NCBI GenBank assembly: GCA_963779755.1
Contig: CAVZZO010000001.1
Coordinates: 480,001-544,000 of the forward strand
Length of the DNA stretch: 64,000 nucleotides
Source of the DNA: an uncultured Gemmatimonadales bacterium
GTDB taxonomy: Bacteria > Gemmatimonadota > Gemmatimonadetes > Gemmatimonadales > GWC2-71-9
Direction: 5' to 3'
Each line of letters opens with the position of its first letter. Within the stretch, counting starts at the first letter, position 1. Shown one piece after another: positions 39,825 to 48,498 of the stretch. The notes beneath the pieces were generated by a model. It made no database searches. It was not told the origin of the DNA and worked only from the letters and a program-made list of their open reading frames with translations. The position numbers were made by a program, and so were the translations under genes.

Positions 39825-41487
39825 TCCCGGAAGCGGGCGATCTCCGCCGGGGCGCCGCTCTGGAAGGGAGTGATCAGAGTCTGCAGAAGCCCGAGGTTAT
39901 CACCTCGTGCGGCGAGGATCTCGTCTATAGTGAAATTGCGACCATTATTGTCCACGGATTGGACAAAGAGGTTGCCGGCAGCAAGGTACTGGTACAGCGC
40001 GTCCTTTATGCGCTGTAATTCGTACGGATACGTGCTCCCGATCGCGGCAGAACTGTGAAGTACGCGAACGCCTGCTGCCTGGGCACCTGGGAAGAGGTTG
40101 TTGGCCAGATAAGCGGTAATGTTGAGCGGAACGTCGCCACCTAGGCCATAGGCCAAGAGTTGGAGATCCGCCTTCCAGATCATCCCCGAAATGCCCTCGT
40201 GATTGTTTCCGTCTGCTGCCACGATCGAAGCCACCTGGGTTCCGTGTCGAAGGCCAACGGCAGTCGTAAAGTATGAAGGGGCTGGTGTCAAAGGTACGGA
40301 AGTGGGCTCCAGTAGGGTGGCAGAGGAGAAGTCTTTGGAGAGGTCGAAGTGGAAGTCGATTACTCCTACTTTGACTCGATTCGGGGTGTTGGTGCCCGTT
40401 TCGCAGCCCCAGGCGAGCGGGGCACGGATGGCCAAACGAGAGCGAGTGAAGTCGGTGGCTGTTGCCCAGTCTTGACGTTGTGCGCCAGGTCCGTCAAGCG
40501 GATATCGAGTGTGGAACGTGATTCCACTCCGATAGCTCATTGGGGCCGCATATCGTATCCCAGGTTCCATCTCATTGAGTTGCCGCATCAATCCGTCATA
40601 TGCTTCCCAACTGGAGCCCGGATCCGGGATCCGCACGATGTATTCTCTCGCATTTGACAGACCGCCGATAATCTCCGCTTGATAACGCTGAAAAAGACTG
40701 CGGATAGTGCTCCCGCTCGTAGAATCATCGAAGCGGATCCCAATGATGTTCCGGAAGAAGACATTCATCGTGTCACCAGGAGGTGCTGTGACTATCGTTG
40801 AGTCATATGGAAAGAACGCGCTGGGCGGAATCGCCGGCCTAGTGGTATCCGCATCCGAGGCTTCGGCGTAGAGCACCAGCTGGAACTTCAGCACCCCCGA
40901 GTGCACGGCCACCTCCACCCAGCGTACCTGTGACGTTGCGCCGCCAGCCAGCTCGTCTTTCGGCGGCTGTGCCGCCAGTAGCGTGTCATAGCGCCACAGC
41001 ACCGCGCCCGGCAGGCGCGGATCGGCGGCATCGAGCGCCGAGTCCGGATGCAGGAAGTTCAGGTAATCCGCGGTCCACTGGTTCTGGGCCAGGCCGGGCG
41101 CTTCCAGCACGGTCAGGCTGTCCTCCCAGCCGTAGAGCCGGGCGCACGGAAGGGCTGCGCGGTCTGATTGGCCAGGGCCAGGGGGAGGCGCACCCGGTCG
41201 GCCGGGCCATCATACACCGGGGAGCCAGCCAAGACCGGCCGCACGCCGCCGCAGGCAGCGCCCGATGCCGTCACGAAGGCGTTGTCGTCGTCTATGGTGA
41301 TGGTCTCCTTGCCCCGGACCTCGACCTCGAACCGGGCACAGCCCTGCTGGGCCACCGGATACACCGGGCCCAGGGGCTTCTGGGAGACCGGAGCCAGCGG
41401 AGTCCCCCGGCAGGCGAGGAGGGAGCAGAGGAGCAGAAGCATGGAGGTCTCACGAGAGGGGACGGGCAGCCGGCGCGTGGGCGGCAC
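39776..41487 (-). pseudogene. S8 subtilase lipoprotein, copy 3, frameshifted and lacking its C-terminal half
   Basis: 4-bp loss near 41140; homology ends at RFRD (39825), where it joins the intergenic element; catalytic Ser motif absent. Confidence 0.9.
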
Positions 41488-41547
41488 AGGACGTCTCCGG
41501 AAGAGAGGTCGCCGGTTGCAGATCAGGAGGACTGCCCTACCGGGGAT

Positions 41548-41575
41548 AGCCTACCGCTGGGAACGCGGTTGTCAA
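41548..41575 (-). promoter_or_regulatory. Sigma70-like promoter of S8 copy 3
   Basis: TTGACA-N16-TAGGCT. Confidence 0.65.
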
Positions 41576-41580
41576 GATCG

Positions 41581-41671
41581 GGTGAGCGGTCAGCGGTGAG
41601 CGGTGAGCGGTGAGCGGTCAGCGGTGAGCGGTGAGCGGTCAGCGGTGAGCGGTGAGCGGTCAGGGGTGAGC
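41581..41671. repeat. 7-bp VNTR (GGTSAGC)x13
   Basis: Read directly. Confidence 0.95.
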
Positions 41672-41875
41672 GCGGGTCTCCTCTCGACCTATCGAGTGGC
41701 TGGGTCTCCGTCTCGAGGCTTGAAGCCCTCCAAGCGCCGCCGGCGGATCGGTGGACAGGCTGAAGCCTGCCCTCGGCCCGACGATCCCTGAAGGGATGCC
41801 GGCAGGCGGGCGACGTCGCAGGCGCGCCCACGGGTCGCCGCCGGAGTATGACCCCTGGAGCGGGAGGCGCGGGGG
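41672..41875. repeat. Hairpin-rich S8 intergenic element, copy B
   Basis: Stem-loops CTCGA-CCTA-TCGAG, CAGGC-TGAA-GCCTG, ATCCC-TGAA-GGGAT. Confidence 0.9.
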
Positions 41876-44800
41876 TTATCGCCCGGATACCCCGGCCCAC
41901 CTCCGGGTTGGCGAAATGGTTCCCGCCGATTCGAAGGGGCCGCAGGCATCGTCGCTCGCCTCGGCGCTGCCGAGGGCCAGGGTCACCGCGTCGCGGTAGG
42001 CCACCTGGCAGCCGGTGGTCCGGGCGTAGGAGCCGCTGCTGTCGAAGCCGCCGGCGGTAACCACCAGCTCGGTGTGAAGCTCCTGGATGCCCTCGCCTGC
42101 GACCAGCTCCCCGCCCGCTTCCGCCAGCCCCAGCCAGAACATCTGCGCCGGGAAACTGCCGAGCTGGTGGGGCGTGGGACTGGCCGTGCGGACCTCCCAG
42201 AGGGTGCCGCCGGTGGAGCGCATGTCCTGCGCGTAGCTCTTGCACAGGGCGCGCGGGTCGGTGGTGCCGGGGATGGTGTCGGTAAAGGGGCAGGGGAGCC
42301 AGGGACCGGTGGTGGCGGCGGTGGTGGTGAGCCGGTTGACCGCCACGACGATCCGGCCGCCCCGGGGGTCGAATGCCGTCCGGGCCGAGGCCACTTCGCT
42401 CGAGGTGGTGAGCGCCGCGGTACACTCGTAGGGGGTCACGGTGGGCTGGCCGTTGATTACGGTGTCGCGGCGCTCCTGGCGGAAACAGTCGGAGCCCGAG
42501 CCGGGATTGACGGACACGGGCAGGCTGGTGAGTGAGGTCCAGCCCGGGTGGTAGAGGGAGTAGAGCTGGATATCGAAGGTGGTGGTACTCCCGGTGGTGC
42601 TGCCCAGCACCCGCACCGCGCTGTCGTTGTCGTGGGAGACAATGAGCGAGCTGAGATAGGTGCCGCCCCAGAGCGTATCCGGCAGGGTGAAGGGCGGCCC
42701 CTCGTGCCAGGAACGGGAGCCCGCGTCGTAGAGGAACTCCCGATCGAAGTTCTGCGCGCCCACCAGGTCTATCCGGCGGCCGCCATGCCGCACGTTCACC
42801 AGGCCCGCGGCCTCGCCCAGATCGGCCAGCACTTCCACTCCGGTGCCGCGCCGGGCCAGGAGCTGGCCATGGGCGGTCCAGACGTGGGTGCCGCAGAGGG
42901 GGGTGCCGGGTCGCTCCCGGGAGAGCAGCGAGAGGGCGCCATAGGCGTCGAGCTGGTAGATGGATTCACTGCTGGGGAAGCCCGGCACCGGCTGGGCCGG
43001 CTCCACCTCTCCGGTGGTGGGGTTGAATTTCGGTTCCCGGGCGCCGCGGACGATGTAGTCCTTCACCTGGGCAGCGGTGAGTGTTGGATCCATGGCCCAG
43101 AGCAATGCGGCCACACCGGAGACGAACGGAGCGGCCAGGGAGGTGCCGTTGTCGGCTAGCACCCCTCCACCCGGAATGAGGGCTCCCACGGCCTCGGCGG
43201 GAGCAGCTATGGCGGTGGCGCCCAGGAACAGGTTGGAATTGGCCCATTTCTGTCCCTGCATATTCGTGCCGGCCACGAACATGATCTGATCCCGGAAGCG
43301 GGCGATCTCCGGCGGGGCGCCGCTCTGGAAGGGGGCGATCAGAGCCTGCAAAAGGCCGAGGTTATCACCTCGTGCGGCGAGGATGTCGTCGACAGTGAAA
43401 TCGCGTCCATTATTGTCCACGGATTGGACGATAAGGTTGCCAGCTGCCAGATAGTCATACAGGGCATGCTTCAATCGATCGACTTGATATGGGACGGTGC
43501 TTCCGACGGCCGCAGAGCTGTGTAGGATCTGGACTCCCTCGGCTTGCGCAGTTGGGAGAAGAGTCGCAGTGAGGTAATCGGTAATATCTTCCGGTACACT
43601 GTCACCATGGCCATAAGCAAAGAGATGGAGATCCGATCCCCAGATCATCCCGGCAATCCCTTTCATGTTGTTCCCGTCGGCCGCCAAAATGGACGCAACC
43701 TCCGTCCCATGCCGCAACCCAACGTCGGTAGTGTAATAACTGGGTGCTGGGACCAGAGGAAACCGCGCCGGTTCAGAGAGCGTAGCTGATGACAAGTCGA
43801 ATGAGGGATCGAAATGGAAGTCAATCACCCCCGCTCTAATACGTTCGTTGGTATACATGCCAGTTTCACAGCCCCATGCTAACGGTGCGCGGATCGCCAT
43901 TCGCGAACGCGTCACGTCTGTAGGCAATAACCAGTCACCACGCCCTGCACCGGTTCCATCTACCGGATAGCGGGTGTGAAATGTAATTCCGCTTCGGCGA
44001 CTCATCGGGGATGCATAGTCAAGACCGGGTTCCTCGTCATTGAGGCGGTGCAATAGCGCCTCGTATGCTTCCCAAGTTGGTCCAGGATCGGGAACGCGAA
44101 CGACATATTCTTCATTCGCTGGCCGGCCGCCGATGATCTCTGCATCGTATCGCTGAAAAAGGTCTCGGACTGTCACGCCGCCTGTAGAATCATCAAAGCG
44201 GATCACGAAGATGTTTCGATAGAAGACATTGACGGTGTCCCCCGGCGGAGCAATGACAATCGTCGTATCCCGGGGGAAGATGTCGAGCGGCGGCACCGCC
44301 GGGCGGCTGGTATCCGCATCTGAGGCTTCGGCATAGAGCACCAGCTGGAATCGCAGCACCCCCGAATGCACCGCCACCTCCACCCAGCGGATCTGCGAAG
44401 TATCCCCGGCCGCCAACTCGTCCTGGGGCGGCTGGGCCGCGAGCAGCGTGTCATAGCGCCACAGCACCGCGCCCGGCAGGCGCGGATCGGCGGCATCGAG
44501 CGCCGAGTCCGGATGCAGGAAGTTCAGGTAGTCCGCGGTCCACTGGTTCTGGGCTAGGCCGGGCGCTTCCAGCACCGTCAGGCTGTCCTCCCAGCCGTAG
44601 AGCCGGGCGGGCGCACGGAAGGGCTGCGAGGTCTGATTGGCCAGGGCCAGGGGGAGGCGCACCCGGTCGGCCGGACCGTCATACACCGGCGCCCCGGCCA
44701 GGACGGGCCGCACGCCGCCACACGCGGCGCCCGAGGCGGTCACGAAGGCGCTGTCGTCGTCCACGGTGATGGTCTCCCTGCCCCGGACCTCCACCTGGAA

Positions 44801-45001
44801 GCGGGCACAGCCTTGCTGCGCCACCGGATAGACCGGGCCGAGCGGTTTCTGGAGGGCCGGGGCTAGCGGGGTCCCCCGGCAGGCGAGCAGGGAGCAGAGG
44901 AGCAGGAGCATGCGGGCCTCACGTGAGGGGACAGGCACCCAGCCCGTTGGTGGCACAGGAGATCTCGGGAAGAGGAGTGGCCGGTAGTGGATCATGGACA
45001 C
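41876..45001 (-). CDS. S8 subtilase lipoprotein, copy 4 (intact)
   Basis: LLLCSLLAC lipobox; GVIDF, HGTEVASILAA, GTSLAAPFVSG triad; Cys-containing C-terminal region; exact start uncertain. Confidence 0.92.
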   Translation of the reverse strand: MSMIHYRPLLFPRSPVPPTGWVPVPSREARMLLLLCSLLACRGTPLAPALQKPLGPVYPVAQQGCARFQVEVRGRETITVDDDSAFVTASGAACGGVRPVLAGAPVYDGPADRVRLPLALANQTSQPFRAPARLYGWEDSLTVLEAPGLAQNQWTADYLNFLHPDSALDAADPRLPGAVLWRYDTLLAAQPPQDELAAGDTSQIRWVEVAVHSGVLRFQLVLYAEASDADTSRPAVPPLDIFPRDTTIVIAPPGDTVNVFYRNIFVIRFDDSTGGVTVRDLFQRYDAEIIGGRPANEEYVVRVPDPGPTWEAYEALLHRLNDEEPGLDYASPMSRRSGITFHTRYPVDGTGAGRGDWLLPTDVTRSRMAIRAPLAWGCETGMYTNERIRAGVIDFHFDPSFDLSSATLSEPARFPLVPAPSYYTTDVGLRHGTEVASILAADGNNMKGIAGMIWGSDLHLFAYGHGDSVPEDITDYLTATLLPTAQAEGVQILHSSAAVGSTVPYQVDRLKHALYDYLAAGNLIVQSVDNNGRDFTVDDILAARGDNLGLLQALIAPFQSGAPPEIARFRDQIMFVAGTNMQGQKWANSNLFLGATAIAAPAEAVGALIPGGGVLADNGTSLAAPFVSGVAALLWAMDPTLTAAQVKDYIVRGAREPKFNPTTGEVEPAQPVPGFPSSESIYQLDAYGALSLLSRERPGTPLCGTHVWTAHGQLLARRGTGVEVLADLGEAAGLVNVRHGGRRIDLVGAQNFDREFLYDAGSRSWHEGPPFTLPDTLWGGTYLSSLIVSHDNDSAVRVLGSTTGSTTTFDIQLYSLYHPGWTSLTSLPVSVNPGSGSDCFRQERRDTVINGQPTVTPYECTAALTTSSEVASARTAFDPRGGRIVVAVNRLTTTAATTGPWLPCPFTDTIPGTTDPRALCKSYAQDMRSTGGTLWEVRTASPTPHQLGSFPAQMFWLGLAEAGGELVAGEGIQELHTELVVTAGGFDSSGSYARTTGCQVAYRDAVTLALGSAEASDDACGPFESAGTISPTRRWAGVSGR

Positions 45002-45016
45002 GGCCCTGCTGCGGAT

Positions 45017-45044
45017 AGCCTACCGCTGGGACCGCGGCTGTCAA
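45017..45044 (-). promoter_or_regulatory. Sigma70-like promoter of S8 copy 4
   Basis: TTGACA-N16-TAGGCT. Confidence 0.65.
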
Positions 45045-45049
45045 GATCG

Positions 45050-45125
45050 GGTGGCGGTCAGCGGTGAGCGGTCAGCGGTGAGCGGTGAGCGGTCAGCGGT
45101 GAGCGGTGAGCGGTCAGGGGTGAGC
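45050..45125. repeat. 7-bp VNTR, 10 units plus one degenerate unit
   Basis: Read directly. Confidence 0.95.
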
Positions 45126-45329
45126 GCGGGTCTCCTCTCGACCTGTCGAGTGGCTGGGTCTCCGTCTCGAGGCTTGAAGCCCTCCAAGCGCCGCCGGCGG
45201 ATCGGTGGACAGGCTGAAGCCTGCCCTCGGCCCGACGATCCCTGAAGGGATGCCGGCAGGCGGGCGACGTCGCAGGCGCGCCCACGGGTCGCCGCCGGAG
45301 TATGACCCCTGGAGCGGGAGGCGCGGGGG
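45126..45329. repeat. Hairpin-rich S8 intergenic element, copy C
   Basis: Near-identical to copy B. Confidence 0.9.
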
Positions 45330-48300
45330 TTATCGCCCGGATATCCCGGCCCACCTCCGGGTTGGCGAATAGGAGCCGCTGCTGTCGAAGCCGCCGGCGG
45401 TAACCACCAGCTCGGTGTGGATCTCCTGGAGGCCCTCGCCGGCGACCAGCTCCCCGCCCGCCTCCGCCAGCCCCAGCCAGAACATCTGCGCCGGGAAACT
45501 GCCGAGCTGGTGGGGCGTGGGACTGGCCGTGCGGACCTCCCAGAGCGTGCCGCCGGTGGAGCGGACATCCTGCGTGTAGCTCTTGCAGAGGGCGCGCGGG
45601 TCGGTGGTGCCGGGGATGGTGTCGGTAAAGGGGCAGGGGAGCCAGGGGCCGGTGGTGGCGGCCGTGGTCGTCATCCGGTTCACCGCGACCACTACCCGAC
45701 CGCCCCGGGGGTCGAAGGCCGGCCGGGCCGAGGCGACATCGCTCGCGGTGGTGAGGGCCGCGGTACACTCATAGGGGGTCACGGTGGGCTGGCCGTTGAT
45801 CACCGTGTCGCGGCGCTCCTGGCGGAAACAGTCGGAGCCGGAGCCGGGATTGACGGATACCGGCAGGCTCGTGAGCGAGGTCCAGCCCGGGTGGTAGAGG
45901 GAGTAGAGCTGGATGTCGAAGGTGGTGGTGCTGCTGCCGAGCACCCGGACGGCGCTGTCGTTGTCGTGGGAGACAAAGAGCGAGCTGAGATAGGTGCCGC
46001 CCCAGAGGGTGTCGGGGAGGGTGAAGGGCGTTCCTTCCTGCCAGGATCGGGAGCCCGCGTCGTAGAGGAATTCCCGATCGAAGTTCTGCGCTCCCACCAG
46101 GTCTATCCGGCGCCCGCCGTGACGCACGTTCACCAGGCCCGCGGCCTCGCCCAGCTCGGCCAGGACCTCGACCCCGCTGCCCTGGCGGGCCAGGAGCTGG
46201 CCATTGGCGGTCCAGACGTGGGTGCCGCAGAGGGGGGTGCCGGGCCGCTCCCGGGAGAGCAGCGAGAGGGCGCCGTAGGCGTCGAGCTGGTAGACTCCGG
46301 GCGGTCCAGCTCCCAGCTGCTGCGGAGTAACCATGGTTCCTGTTTGCGGGTCGAATCTTGGGACCTGCGCGCCACGGAGGAGGAGGTCCTTGACCTGGAC
46401 CGCTGTAAGGGTCGGGTCGAACGTCAAGAGTTGGGCGATGGCCCCTGCCACGAACGGTGCGGAGTAGGAGGTACCGGTTCGAACGGAGGTCCCGCCGGGG
46501 AAATCATTGATTCGCGCCAGCGTTTCGATATCCACGGCTGGCGCGGCGATCTGGGTGGCTCCCTCCCAGACGTTGGAAGAGGCATAGTAGTTAGACCCAT
46601 CAGCGCCCGCGACGAAGATGATCTGTCCGGGGTAGCGGGAATAGAGCCGGGCAGCCGCCGCATCCAGGGCCGTCGCACGCGCGTCCTGTGTTGTCTGAAG
46701 TGCTGAGACGGAAATTACGGCACTATAATTCCCCGTGGCCATTACGAATGTGTTGCTGGGACTTGCAGACAGGTACCCTTCCAGTGCCTCAGCCAGCCGT
46801 GAGACGTGGGTCGTATCTTTGATAAACCCGGCCCCCACTGAGGTTAGCAGTACGGGAATACCAGCTCTTGCAGCACTGTCGAAGACTACAGTAAGGCGGC
46901 TAACAGGATCGTTCACCACGACCGTATCGTGGCCGTAGGCAAACAGATGCAGGTCACCGCCCCAGACCATGCCAGCAATGCCCTCCCCGTTGTCGCCGGT
47001 TGCAGCCAGAATGCCCGCGACAGCAGTACCGTGTGAACGGTATATGGCCCCGGCGGTCGCGTTGCCGTCGGGGGTCGGATCGGTCAGGAAGGCGCTGGGG
47101 ATTGTCGGTGCTGTGGGGAGTACTAAATGGATCTGCGATCCTTGAAAGTCTGGATGTGCGTTATCAAAGGTGAAATCAATGACACCAAGGCGTGCCTCTG
47201 TATTGGTGTAAGCGCCAGTCTCACAGCCCCAGGCCAAAGGGGCACGGACGGACATCCAAGGTCGGAGAGAAGGTGATCCCAAAACCCAATCCGCTCTCCT
47301 GTGCGATACCCCATCGATTGGAAGCCGGTACCGTGGGTCGAGCTTTCCTCGATAAGTGACTCCTGACACCCAGCGAACGGCGGGTTCCCTCACGATCATA
47401 TTGCGCAACGATTCCAAGTCTTCCCATCTGGTGCCGGGGTCAGGCACCTGAATCAGGTACGTACCATACCTGCCCTCCTGGGGTATGCCCCCAATGATCG
47501 TTGCGTGGTACCGTTGTAGAACCGTGCGAATGGCTGGTCCGGTTGCTGAATCCTCAAAGGCGACAATTAAGATGTTCCGGAAGTACAGGACACTTGCGTC
47601 ATCAGGATGGGGAACAACCAACGTGCTATCGAACGGATACGGGCCCACCGGGGGTACCGCAGGCCGGCTAGTATCCGCGTCCGCCGCCTCGGCATAGAGT
47701 ACCAGCTGGAACTTCAGCACCCCTGAGTGCACCGCCAGCTCCACCCAACGCACCTGCGAACTCGCGCCCGCCGCAAGCTCGTCCTTGGGCGGCTGGGCCG
47801 AGAGCAGCGTGTCGTAGCGCCACAGGACCGCGCCGGGAAGCTGCGGGTCAGTGGCATCGAGCGCGGAGTCCGGGGACAGGAAATCGAGGTAGTCCGCGGT
47901 CCATTCATTCTGGGCCAGGCCCGGCGCTTCCAGCACCGTCAGGCTGTCCTCCCAGCCGTAGAGCCGGGCCGGGGCGCGGAAGGGCTGTGCGGTCTGGTTG
48001 GCCAGAGCCATTGGAATGCGTACCCGGTCGGCCGGGCCGTCATAGACCGGGGTTCCCGCCAGCACCGGCCGCACTCCGCCACAGGCGGCGCCCGAGGCGG
48101 TCACGAAGGCGCTGTCGTCCTCCACCGCGATAGTTTCCTTGCCCCGGACCTCCACCTGGAAGCGGGCGCAGCCCTGCTGGGCCACCGGATAGACCGGGCC
48201 GAGCGGTTTCTGGAGGGCCGTCCCTGGTTTCCCACGGCAGGCAAGGAGGGAGCAGAGGAGCAAGAGGATGCACGGCTCGAGGGAGCGGTCGGGCAAACGC

Positions 48301-48359
48301 CGCGTTGGCGCCACAGGCATTTCCGGGGAGAGGTGGGCCGGCGACCGATCCAGGGACAC
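45330..48359 (-). CDS. S8 subtilase lipoprotein, copy 5 (most divergent core; 37-aa in-frame C-terminal deletion)
   Basis: Lipobox LLAC; GVIDF, HGTAVAGILAA, GTSYSAPFVAG; 111 bp missing at 45369/45370 relative to copy 4. Confidence 0.9.
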   Translation of the reverse strand: MSLDRSPAHLSPEMPVAPTRRLPDRSLEPCILLLLCSLLACRGKPGTALQKPLGPVYPVAQQGCARFQVEVRGKETIAVEDDSAFVTASGAACGGVRPVLAGTPVYDGPADRVRIPMALANQTAQPFRAPARLYGWEDSLTVLEAPGLAQNEWTADYLDFLSPDSALDATDPQLPGAVLWRYDTLLSAQPPKDELAAGASSQVRWVELAVHSGVLKFQLVLYAEAADADTSRPAVPPVGPYPFDSTLVVPHPDDASVLYFRNILIVAFEDSATGPAIRTVLQRYHATIIGGIPQEGRYGTYLIQVPDPGTRWEDLESLRNMIVREPAVRWVSGVTYRGKLDPRYRLPIDGVSHRRADWVLGSPSLRPWMSVRAPLAWGCETGAYTNTEARLGVIDFTFDNAHPDFQGSQIHLVLPTAPTIPSAFLTDPTPDGNATAGAIYRSHGTAVAGILAATGDNGEGIAGMVWGGDLHLFAYGHDTVVVNDPVSRLTVVFDSAARAGIPVLLTSVGAGFIKDTTHVSRLAEALEGYLSASPSNTFVMATGNYSAVISVSALQTTQDARATALDAAAARLYSRYPGQIIFVAGADGSNYYASSNVWEGATQIAAPAVDIETLARINDFPGGTSVRTGTSYSAPFVAGAIAQLLTFDPTLTAVQVKDLLLRGAQVPRFDPQTGTMVTPQQLGAGPPGVYQLDAYGALSLLSRERPGTPLCGTHVWTANGQLLARQGSGVEVLAELGEAAGLVNVRHGGRRIDLVGAQNFDREFLYDAGSRSWQEGTPFTLPDTLWGGTYLSSLFVSHDNDSAVRVLGSSTTTFDIQLYSLYHPGWTSLTSLPVSVNPGSGSDCFRQERRDTVINGQPTVTPYECTAALTTASDVASARPAFDPRGGRVVVAVNRMTTTAATTGPWLPCPFTDTIPGTTDPRALCKSYTQDVRSTGGTLWEVRTASPTPHQLGSFPAQMFWLGLAEAGGELVAGEGLQEIHTELVVTAGGFDSSGSYSPTRRWAGISGR

Positions 48360-48375
48360 CTGCTCTACTGGTGTG

Positions 48376-48403
48376 AGCCTACCGCCGGGAACGCGGCTGT
48401 CAA
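48376..48403 (-). promoter_or_regulatory. Sigma70-like promoter of S8 copy 5
   Basis: TTGACA-N16-TAGGCT. Confidence 0.65.
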
Positions 48404-48498
48404 GATCGGGTGAGTGGGGGGGCTGCTCTGGCCTCCGGCCTCCAGGCTTCCTATCCTGTTAACGTTCTCCGGTTCGATTCCCTGACCCTGAGCCCCCC

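Noticed and set aside
39565..45329. ORFs reading SGERSAV or LTAHRSP over the 7-mer tracts and spacers
   Set aside because: Translations of simple repeats with no RBS or domain signal
39670..45329. Integron attC sites between S8 genes
   Set aside because: No integrase; each gene has its own promoter; I could not identify RYYYAAC/GTTRRRY core sites bounding the hairpins
26447..48359. Diversity-generating retroelement as the source of S8 core variation
   Set aside because: No reverse transcriptase or template repeat in the window; differences involve all four bases, are largely synonymous and span roughly 0.8-1.35 kb
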